Source: Candidatus Multivoradales bacterium (GTDB taxonomy: Bacteria; Acidobacteriota; Thermoanaerobaculia; Multivoradales; J023). Taken from it: DNA of 64,000 bases. The stretch lies in NCBI GenBank assembly GCA_965248925.1, contig CBDFLE010000006.1, positions 1,632,001 to 1,696,000 of the forward strand, written 5' to 3'. Positions within the stretch are counted from its first letter, which is position 1. The number at the start of each line of letters is the position of its first letter. Below the pieces are notes generated by a model. That model had not been told where the DNA came from. It ran no database searches and saw only the letters and a list, made by a program, of their open reading frames with translations. This document shows, piece after piece, positions 9,392 through 19,500 of the stretch. The position numbers and the translations under genes were made by a program.

Positions 9392-9764
9392 GCCTCCTCG
9401 GCGACCTCGCTGGGTTCCTCGTTCCGCAGAAATAGTGCGGCATGGATTTCGTGTCAAGAAGACTCGTCCGTTTGCGCGGCCTTGACCCCACCCGGCAGAC
9501 TCCGGCAATGGCTCACCAGGCAGAATCCACCAACGCCGACTTGTTGAAGGTCGATCGGATTGAGTTCGCCGTGGTGCCCTCGCAGGACAGCGGCGACAAT
9601 GTTATTACTGGCGACAGAAGAAGAAAATTAGTTCTTCAGAAAGAGTCTGTCGACGGCGACTAGCAAGGGACAGTCCCTGGCATTCACCAGATCGAGCGGT
9701 CGCGTTCTTGCGCCGCACCCAGTTCTTGGTTGATAGTAAACTTATTTCGTGAGGGTCCGATCCA

Positions 9765-12643
9765 GTGCAATATCGCCCATCCAAGCCACAAGCTCCCCTG
9801 TCCGAATTCGATCGTTACTGCCTGACCTTGCGTCTGGCGGCGCCGATAGTCCTGCCCTTTGAGCATGGCGGCGTGCTGCGTGGCTTGCTGTCGCGGGCGC
9901 TGAGCCAGCACCAACTGCCGGACGGACTGATCCTCTTTGCCGCCGAGTCGGGGCGGGTTCACTTCCGCGCCGGCGATCGCTATCGCTGGGTGGTCACTCT
10001 GGTGGGCGAGGCCCGTGGCCAGGCGGAGACACTGCTGGCGGGTATCGCCGCGGTGGGTGGCCGGGTCGACAAGGGGCCGGCACCGGTCTTGGGTGGTAAT
10101 TTCGTGCTCGAGGCCACCGACTTGCTGCCCGCCGTCGATCTCGACGCCGAGTTGGCCCAGCTCGGCGAGCGAGACGAGATCGTGCTGCTGCTGCGCTCGC
10201 CCCTCTGCCTGCCGCGGCCAAAGACTCCCCAGGGCGCACGAGGCGGCATCTTCGACCAACACTGCTTCCCGGCCGCGGCTTTCTTGGATCGACTTTGGCG
10301 CCGCCGCTTCTTCCTCCAGCACAGCCGCTATCCGCGGCCCGAAGAGCGGTCGACCCGGGCCGCGGTAGGAGAGGGTGCGACGGCCCGACCCCACCACTTG
10401 CTGGCGGTTGATCTGCCGGTTCGGGGCACCGGTGAGCACAAGCCTTCTTACAACCTTGCAGGGGTGCGCGGCCAAGTGGTCTTCGGCGGGCTGAGCGAGG
10501 AAGAGCGCTCAGGCCTGGTCGCCGGGATGTTCCTGCACCTCGGCAAGAGCGTTAACTTTGGCTTTGGCCGCTACACCCTCGAGGGCACCCTCGACCATGG
10601 CGACAAGCATTTTCTACCCAGCACCTCGCTGCTGGCTCACGCCGCCGACTCGGAGGTGCTCGAGGACGCCGTCGCCCATCTGCGCCAGAACCTGAAAACC
10701 AAGCATCAGCTGCCGGGCGATGAGGATGAGCCGATCCCCGGCCGGCTGATCGTCGATCTCTCGCGGCGGCTGCTCGACGGCAGCTACCAGCCCGGCCTGC
10801 TCAGCGGCTTCGTGCTGCCCAAGAAGGACGGCGGCGTGCGCCCTCTGGCGGTCCCCAGCGTGCGCGACCGGGTGGCGCAGCGGGCGGCGATCGAGGTCCT
10901 GGCACCGATCATCGATGGTTTGCTCGAGGATTCCTCCTTCGGCTACCGCCGGGGGTTTTCGCGGCAGGGCGCGGCGCGGGCCATAGAACGGGCCTATGCC
11001 GAGGGCTACCGCTATGTCCTCGACGCGGACATCCACGCCTTCTTCGATCAGGTCGATTGGTCGCTGCTCTTCGCCAAGCTCGAAGCGCTCTTCCCCCAGG
11101 AGCCGCTGGTGGAGCTGCTGCGGCAGTGGATCCAAGCGCCGGTGATCTTCGAGGGTCGGCGCATTCGCCGGCAACGGGGCCTGCCCCAAGGCAGCCCCAT
11201 CTCCCCTCTGCTGGCCAATCTCTATCTTGACCAGCTCGACGAGGCGTTGATCGACCAGGGCTTCAGGCTGGTGCGTTTTGCCGACGATTTCGTCGTCTTG
11301 ACCAAGGATCTCGACCGGGCACGAGCCGCCAAGCTCGCCACCGAGCGGGTGCTGCGAGAGCTGCGCCTGTCGCTCAACCAAGACGAGACCGCCATTCGTG
11401 CCATCGACGACGGCTTCAGCTACCTCGGCTATCTCTTCGTCCGCTCGATGGTGATCGAGAAACGCTCATCGTCGAGTGCCGACGGTTCGGCAGCTGAAGT
11501 GTCCCTCGACGCTGACGACGTGCCGGCTGGATCGTGGCTTGCCGGGGTGTCCCTGCGACGAATCGAGGAGCTGCTCTCCGGGCGTCGCGGGCCCAAGTCG
11601 GTGGCCGGGTTCGAACGAGTTCCTCTGGCCACCGGCGCCGCCCTCGACGCCGGCCGTTGGCCCCTCTATGTGGTGGGGCATGACACCCGCTTGTTCTTGC
11701 GGCGACGAACCGTGGTGCTGAAGCGCCCGGAACAGGAGCCCGCCGAGCTACCCATCGAGGCGCTTTCCCACGTCGTCTTTTGGGGCCGGGTGCGGGCGAC
11801 GGTACCCGTCTTGCGCGGCCTCGCACGGGCCGGTGTGCCGGCCTACTTCTGCCAGGTCGACGGCACCCTCGAAGCGGTCTTTGGTCCCTATGAAGAAAAG
11901 TGGCCGAATTGGCTGGCGCAGGCCCGCGCCGCCGACAACCCGGAGCTCTGCCTGCGTTTTGCCATGGCCACCATCGAAGCGCGGTTGCGCAACTTGCGGT
12001 CATGGCGGTGCGCTTTGGCTGGGGCGGCGGTTCGGCGCTCGCCGCTCAGCTGCGCCAGCTGGCGCGGGAAACTGTCAACAAGCAAAGCCTCGACTCGGTC
12101 CGTGGCCTTGAGGGTCGCGGCATGGCTTTGGTATTTGGAGCATTGGCGGATGCGCTCGACTCCGAGTGGGGTTTCACCGGTCGTCACCGCCGACCGCCGC
12201 CGGATCCGGTCAACGCGATGCTCTCCTTCGGCTACAGCTTGCTTTACAACCACACTGCCACGGCCTTGACCGAGGCTGGCCTCAGTCCGCGGATCGGCTT
12301 GATGCACGAACCCCGCGGCGCCCATCTCGCCTTGGCATCCGATCTGATGGAAGAAGTCCGCCACCTGGTCGAGTCGTTGGTCTGGACATTGATCCGCCGC
12401 CGGCAGGTCAAGCCGACAGATTTTCGCCCGTCGGCAGATGGCTACTACCCGGCGCTGCTGACCCAGGAGGCGCGGCGGATGTTTCTCGACGCCTTCGAGC
12501 GCCGGATGCTGACCCAGCTGACCCCGGAAAAGGGCGAAGAACCGATCAGCTACCGCCAGCTGCTGGTGCGCCAAGCCAGGCAGGTCAGGGAGCTGGTGAG
12601 CGGGCGTCAAGACAGCTATCATCCTCTGGTGATCCGTGGCTAG
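9765..12643 (+). CDS. cas1: Cas6-reverse transcriptase-Cas1 fusion, interrupted by a 1-bp frameshift near 11991-11996
   Basis: Cas6 G-loop HLGKSVNFGFGRY; RT motifs PKKDGGVRPLAVPSVRDRVAQ, DADIHAFFD, GLPQGSPISPLLANLYL, RFADDF; Cas1 motifs split across frames: PIEALSHVVFWG, then RGLEG, FTGRHRRPPPDPVNAMLSFGYSLL, GLMH, LASDLMEE. Confidence 0.92.
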
Positions 12644-12974
12644 GAGGCAGAATCTTGGCTGCCGCGGGCGAGTTGTCAAGGGTAGAGCAAGGCGTCTGGC
12701 TAACGCTACGGTGTTTCCGGGGATCTCGAGGGAGAATCTGCCAAACTGGCACACGTAAGGCTTAAAGCTCTTGAAACAAACAACTTAGATGGGTCGAGGG
12801 GAGAAAGATCAGACCGAGATCCCCTGAGAGACGATAAAATCAATGATATCAATGGGATACAAGACTTCGGAAAACACGAAACCGGCACAATCGAGGGTCC
12901 AGCGCCGCATTTTGACGAGATCCCCTGAGAGCCGCCTGCAAGTCCTTTGCTTTCAAGGGCCTGGAAAGGGTAGA
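12644..12974 (+). promoter_or_regulatory. CRISPR leader region
   Basis: Non-coding, more AT-rich 330 bp between cas1 and the first intact repeat; degenerate repeats lie at the opposite end. Confidence 0.7.
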
Positions 12975-14840
12975 GTGGGAATCGACCTAGCCGCTCAAGG
13001 CATTGCGACCATAAATATTCGGACAGGATACACCAAGACATTTTGTGAGTGTGGGAATCGACCTAGCCGCTCAAGGCATTGCGACTTTCTGCCCCCTCGT
13101 GTCGTTATAGTCGGCGATGCCCACAGTGGGAATCGACCTAGCCGCTCAAGGCATTGCGACTTTCAACGCACGAACCATCTGATCAATGACCCAATCGTGG
13201 GAATCGACCTAGCCGCTCAAGGCATTGCGACTTCGCAAACGTTGTAGAAAAAAGTATGAGCAAGCTCGTGTGGGAATCGACCTAGCCGCTCAAGGCATTG
13301 CGACCTTTCATCCGAAAAGTTCTCAGTGTTCAGTAGGACGTCGCGTGGGAATCGACCTAGCCGCTCAAGGCATTGCGACTTCATTAAAATTTGGGTCAGT
13401 CGCTGTTCTGTACCAGTGGGAATCGACCTAGCCGCTCAAGGCACTGCGACTTTCACCAAGCGTGACGAGCCCGACAACCATGAGAACAAGTGGGAATCGA
13501 CCTAGCCGCTCAAGGCATTGCGACTTTCTAGAATTGGTTGAGAAAACTCTAGTGCAACTCTAAGGTGGGAATCGACCTAGCCGCTCAAGGCATTGCGACA
13601 CACGATACCGTACATTACCAGAAACCACGACAGTTTGTCGGTGGGAATCGACCTAGCCGCTCAAGGCATTGCGACCTTTCTGAGACCTTGCGAAGATTAG
13701 AGAAGAGCAAAGTAGTGGGAATCGACCTAGCCGCTCAAGGCATTGCGACTTTCTGCAATAAATTGACTAATCTCCAGAGCGTCATGCAAGTGGGAATCGA
13801 CCTAGCCGCTCAAGGCATTGCGACTTCGCATCTTCCGAAACTCGCCTGGAAAGTCATGCTGCTTGTGGGAATCGACCTAGCCGCTCAAGGCATTGCGACT
13901 TCAAATATGCTGGATGGACATGTTGCCTCACAAAGAAGCTGTGGGAATCGACCTAGCCGCTCAAGGCATTGCGACTTTGAGAAACGTGGTTTTCCCATTT
14001 TTATGGAGTACGAGTGGGAATCGACCTAGCCGCTCAAGGCATTGCGACTTTGAGAAGTAGTTCAGCAAGGCACAGTAGCCGCTGTGGGAATCGACCTAGC
14101 CGCTCAAGGCATTGCGACCAAACGATAGAAGAAGGTGTGCCCGAGTTCATGAGCAACCGGTGGGAATCGACCTAGCCGCTCAAGGCATTGCGACTTCTCC
14201 ATCCACAAACCTAGCAAAGGGTGTGCGGTCGAAATGTGGGAATCGACCTAGCCGCTCAAGGCATTGCGACTTCGTAGTTGGCGCATACCAGAACCACACT
14301 GCGTTGAAGTGGGAATCGACCTAGCCGCTCAAGGCATTGCGACTTTCCATCAGGGCGTTGTTGTTACTCTGAGTCATAAGTGGGAATCGACCTAGCCGCT
14401 CAAGGCATTGCGACTTTCCGATAGTCATCATCCCGCACCAGTCCAGTTTCATCGTGGGAATCGACCTAGCCGCTCAAGGCATTGCGACTTCTATAGACTT
14501 TGTTCCACCCATGTTCGTTTCTCTCGAGTGGGAATCGACCTAGCCGCTCAAGGCATTGCGACTTTAGCAACGTAGCATCCTTGATCTTGTCGAGCGGCAG
14601 AGTGGGAATCGACCTAGCCGCTCAAGGCATTGCGACCTCAAGGTCTTCGTTGGTGACCCCTGCAATGCTCGACTCTTGTGGGAATCGACCTAGCCGCTCA
14701 AGGCATTGCGACTTCCCCTCCATATCCACGAACGACCTGTTCTTGCCGTAAGTGGGAATCGACCTAGCCGCTCAAGGCATTGCGTCACAGAGTTCGTTGG
14801 CATCGCCGTGTGAGAATCGACCTAGCCGCTCAAGGCATTG
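12975..14840 (+). CRISPR. CRISPR array: 26 repeats (35 bp, GTGGGAATCGACCTAGCCGCTCAAGGCATTGCGAC), 25 spacers; class 1, probably type III-associated
   Basis: Repeats counted at 12975, 13051 ... 14752 and 14810 (last one degenerate and truncated). Spacers 35-41 bp (last 23 bp). Short GCC/GGC stem followed by the 8-nt handle ATTGCGAC. Confidence 0.98.
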
Positions 14841-16163
14841 GATCTTCGTCTCCCTGTGTGGGTAAATAGCGCCGTGGCCGACAAATGGATATGCTTGCTG
14901 GATGCGAGACAAAGACCTGTAGGCGAAGATCTTGGGCGTCGAATCGCCGTGGCGAGTCACAGAAGTAGACCTGGCCTTGGATGAAGGTGAGGTTTTGGTG
15001 CACTTGGTCAACGGCGAGAAGCGCCCACCCTGTCCTGAATGCGGCAAGCCGTGCAGCGACTACGACACCCGTTCTCGTCGCTGGCGGCACCTGGATACCT
15101 GCCAGTACCGGACGGTGCTTTTGGCCCAAGTGCCTCGGATCGAGTGCCCGGATCATGGTGTGCTCCAGGTCCGTGTCCCGTGGAGTGAGCCCGGCTCTCG
15201 CTTTACGGCGCTGTTCGAGGCGCTGGTGATCGATTGGCTCCAGGAAGCAAGCGTCTCGGCCGTCGCTCGGCTGGTGGGCCTGGACTGGGGCGAAGTGGAT
15301 CGAATTATGGCCCGATCCGTGGCCAGGGGTCTGGCTCTGCGAGAGCGCAAGCTCCCTCAGCGTCTCGGTGTGGATGAGACCTCGTTCCAGAAGCGCCACG
15401 AATACGTGACCGTGGTCTGTGACTAGCAGAGAGGTGTCGTTGTGCATGTAGCCGACGGTCGGGGCCGAGACTGCCTCGACGATTTCTACAAGGGATTCGA
15501 AGAGAAAGAAAGGAAAGCTGTCGAGTCTGTGTCTATGGACATGTGGCCAGCGTACATCGGCTCGACCGAGCAGTACATTCCCGGTGCCGAGACGAAGATC
15601 GCCTTCGACAAGTTCCATGTAGCCCAGCACCTGTCCAAAGCCGTGGACAAGATTCGCCGACAGGAGAACAAGATCCTCGTCAGCCAAGGTGATGAGTTCC
15701 TGAAAGGCAGCAAGTACCTCTGGCTCCAGAACCCTGACAACATGAGCGATGAGCGCTGGGCGGGCTTTGAGGAACTGCGGGAAAGTAGCCTCAAGACCGC
15801 CCGCGCATGGGCGATCAAAGAACTCGCCATGAGTCTGTGGTACTACGCATACCGGGGCAGTGCTCGCAAAGCCTGGAACAAGTGGTACTCCTGGGCGATC
15901 CGTTCCCAGCTCGAGCCCATCAAGAAGGTTGCGAGGATGGTCAAACGCCACCTGGAGGGTATCCTCACCGCCATCGTGCGCGGCGTCACCAATGCTCGCT
16001 CCGAAGGCATCAACGCGAAGATCCAATGGGTCAAGTACACAGCCAGGGGATGCCGCAACCGGGAGCGCTTCCGCAACGCGATCTACTTCCATCTTGGTGG
16101 TCTTGATCTTTACCCTGAAAGCATCAGGCGGTGATTGCTACCCACACAAAGTATTGTAGCGCC
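14840..16163 (+). mobile_element. ISL3-family insertion sequence
   Basis: Imperfect 25-bp terminal IRs (GGATCTTCGTCTCCCTGTGTGGGTA / revcomp GGCGCTACAATACTTTGTGTGGGTA); no target duplication seen. Confidence 0.85.
14902..16134 (+). pseudogene. ISL3 transposase with two in-frame TAG stops (14920, 15424)
   Basis: MRDKDL*AKILG; CPECG zinc finger, RRWRHLD, LGVDETSF, VSMDMW, FDKFHV, TNARSEGIN, all in one frame. Confidence 0.88.
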
Positions 16164-16170
16164 GTCTGAT

Positions 16171-16551
16171 TCAATCCGCTGGCAACTGGTCAAGAGGAAC
16201 TCTCTTAGACAAAAGCTCGCCCGCCTCTATGGACCCTTTCTTGGTGAGATTGAGCCAGCAAATATCGCCGAGATCCGGCCCCTTGGGCAAGGCCAGCCAC
16301 TCACTTTCAATCTGCTGAAGGGCTTGGTCAACAGGAATCTTCCAGGCTGTGAATCCTGTCTCTGTAACCATCCCGACATCCATCAAGTCTCGCCCGAGTA
16401 GCTCCCGAAGAACCCGGAGTGAGAGATCACGAACTTCGGCTTCACTCGTTGCACCACCGACCGAGCGTGCTACCCAAGCAACTTCCGTAGCATCGACCCA
16501 ATCGTCCAAACCACGTCGCAGAAGCTCTTCGACAAGATTGTGCAGGCTCAT
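16171..16551 (-). CDS. Putative cognate immunity protein of the RHS toxin
   Basis: 126-aa ORF overlapping the RHS stop (ATGA), same lower-GC composition as the toxin tip. Confidence 0.65.
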   Translation of the reverse strand: MSLHNLVEELLRRGLDDWVDATEVAWVARSVGGATSEAEVRDLSLRVLRELLGRDLMDVGMVTETGFTAWKIPVDQALQQIESEWLALPKGPDLGDICWLNLTKKGSIEAGELLSKRVPLDQLPAD

Positions 16552-19500
16552 TGCTGTACATGCACCTTGCGCCTGGCTCCACTAGGCAGCTTGATGTCGA
16601 TGGTTGGCCCTCCAGACTTCGAGCCAGTGCGCAAGCCTACCGTCGTACCGTCGGGCAGTTTGACTAGCTTACCTGGATACCTTGTGGCGTCGACTGGTGT
16701 GCCGCCGCGGCTTAAGCGACCAAATATGCCCCCTAAATCATCAGCCGACTCGACTACTTTGACGCTAGAACTGCTCCCAGCTCGCAAGCCGGAAAGAGCG
16801 TCGCCAACAGCCTCCGCTCCCCTCCTTGCCTGTGCCGCTTGACGCAGCTTTTTGATTCTCTTCGCTCTCTTGACAGCTTTTGTGAGCTTCACCCCTTTGC
16901 TAACAACCTTGAAAAGCCCCACACCTGTGGCACCTGTCGCCGCCCCAGTGAGAAAAGCTGTGCCTACGCCCGTGGTTAGATCATCGCCCGCTATCGCGTT
17001 AATCGCAACTTGAAAACCGACATCTACGACTCCACCAAGAAACGCGGTTACCAGAAAGGCAAGTCTTCCGTCCGGGTCTACCTGGTTGATTGGACTGTTG
17101 CTGACGTAAGAGAAACGATTCCAACTCTGGGGTGAGGACCGGCTGCCCAGAGATGGATCGACACTCAAGAACCGCCCCACCACCGGATTGCAATGCCGAG
17201 CATGCATGTAGTCCAGCTCGCTCCTCACCCCGGTCCCGGTCTTGTCCCGCTCATGACCGGTAAACTTCAGCAGAATCTCATCTGCCCCCGCGCTGGTCGC
17301 CTCCTGACCAAAGGGGTAGTAGTTGTGCAACGCCACCTGCTGACCGCCACGAGTGATCTGCCGGGGCGTACCCAAATGATCAAGATGCAGATGCGAGGTC
17401 ATCTCGCCGCCGCTACCATCGGGCTCGATGGTGGCCAGCGGCTGGCCACCTCGATGGACGTAATCCCGGCTCCAGCTGAAAGCGCCGCCAGCCGGCTGAT
17501 CGTAGATTCGCAGGACTTCGTTCCCGAGCCCACGCAGGGTCCAGGTGAGACTGGCGGGCTGGGTGGTGCAAGTGCTGGTGGCGCCGGGGCCGAAGCAGTC
17601 GAAGGTGAGGATCCGCTCGTCGCTGGCGTTGTAGATGAAGACCCGCGCTTGATCGGTGTTTGAGCGCAGGTGCTTCATCATGTTGGCGCCATCGAAGGCG
17701 TAGTCGAAGCTCTCGCTGCCGAGGGTGATGTCGGTCAGATTGCCGGCAGCGTCGTACTGAGCGCCTGAGAGGCCGAGGCGGTTGGTGGTGGTGCTGGGGT
17801 TGAGGTTGAGAGCCACGAAACCGGGTGTCGACAACTGCTGGATGTTGCCGAAATTGTCATAAGTCGCCGTCTGGGTGAACCGGGTGGCACCAACGGAGGT
17901 CTGGCCGGAGCGTAATCGGCCGAGGCGGTCATAACGGTAGTCCAGGTTGCCGATGGCGGAGATATTGCCGGCTCCGTCGTAGGCGAAAATGCCGCTGCTC
18001 CAGCCCGCGGAGGTGGTCAGCTGATGCGGCCTGGCGAGGCCGTTGGAGCTGCTGACTTCCTGGGTGTCAACCACGCCATCGCCGTGGGTGAGCTGATGCA
18101 GCATGCCACCGCTCTGGTAGGTGAGGTTGTTGGCGAAGCCGGGCACGGACCTCAGCATACCCTTCTCGTAGTTGAAATTCACCGTGCGCTGCGGATCGTT
18201 GGTGGCGCAGCCGCCGTCGGCGTGTTGGCAGCTGGGGTAGTCGAGTTGCGACAAATTGCCCTGGGTGTCATAGACGAAACCGGTGGTGAAGGCGTAGTTG
18301 CCGGCGAAGAATTGGTAGCGGGTCTGCTTCTCCGACATCAGCCCCTGACGACCGGTGTAGCGGAAGCTCTCGGAGAGCTTGACGTCGAGGAAGCCGGGCT
18401 CGGGGGCCAGGGGATTCTGGATGTCGACCCAGTTGTGGCGCACGGTCTGCACCAGCTTGCCGGCCCGGTGGTCGCTGCCAGAGTTGGCGCGGGCGTAGCG
18501 GAACTGCTTCTGCAGACGCGGGGTGCTCCCCGCGCCATTGCTCGATTCGAGGACTCTGATCAGTCGGCCGGCGGCGTCGAAATCGAAGCTCAGATCGAAG
18601 GCGGTGCTGCCGATCAGATCTTTGGAGGTGGCGTTGCCGCCGGCGTCATAGCGGTAATCGATGCGGCCATTGCCCGAGGGGCCGATCTCGGGATGGGTCT
18701 CGGAGAGTAGGAAGCCGCGACCGTCATAGTCGAACAAGCGGGTCTGGCCGCAGGTCGAGCCGGCGAGGTTCTGGCACACTTTGGTCAGTCTGCCACCATC
18801 GTCATATGAGTAGCGAGTCAGCAGACCGCCACCGCCACAGCTCCCTGACCAGGGGGCGGAACTGCCCTCGCAGACCTCGGCCAGACGGCCCTGGCCGTCC
18901 ATGATCTCGGTGACGTAGGTGTCTTGCTGGCCACTGGTCAGCTGCACTTTGAAGCGCCGGGTCTGCACCCGGTCGCCTTGGTAGGTGAAGAAGGTCGCCG
19001 GCTGTTCTGGCGGCTTGACCCGGCCGGGGCGGCCGAAGCGATCGTAGGCGATGTAGGTCGTGCGCCGGCTCTCGCCGGCCGCGGAGGCGGTGGTCCACAC
19101 CGACTCGTCCGTCTTCCAGTGACGGGGGTTCCAGGTTGTGTAGCGATGCCAGAGCTCGGTCTGGCCAGCGTTGGCGACGGGGATGCGCACGGTCTGTTGC
19201 AGCCGCCGGCCGAGGCCGTCGTAGCGGTGCTCGCGGAAGCTCATCAGATCGGTGCCGCTGCAGGAGGTCTGGAAGGGCTGGCACTGTTGCTCGGTGAGCT
19301 TGGGCGCAAGACTGGGGTTGGCGGTGGTGGGCAGGGTGTAGGTCCACTGGGTCCAGCCCAGCTCGGCCGGGCGCTGGCCGGTCAAGCGGCCCAAGCGATC
19401 GTAAGTGAAGCTGGTGCCCAGGCCCGCCGCGTCGCGGCTGGTGGCCACCAGGCCGGTGTCTGAGTCGATGTCGTAGTCGGCCAGGGTGAGTATCGCGGTG

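Noticed and set aside
9442-9663. 73-aa ORF as a candidate cas2 (also the short frame after 12637)
   Set aside because: No Cas2 N-terminal (Y/F)D motif or ferredoxin-like pattern
9765-12269. RT as a group II intron or retron
   Set aside because: Fused to Cas6 and Cas1 next to an array; no intron domain V or msr-msd recognised
12843-14751. ORFs with repeated VGIDLAAQGIAT or GNRPSRSRHCD peptides
   Set aside because: Translations of CRISPR repeats, not genes
14830-16092. 420-aa minus-strand ORF and many other long overlapping ORFs
   Set aside because: Antisense shadows of real genes in high-GC DNA
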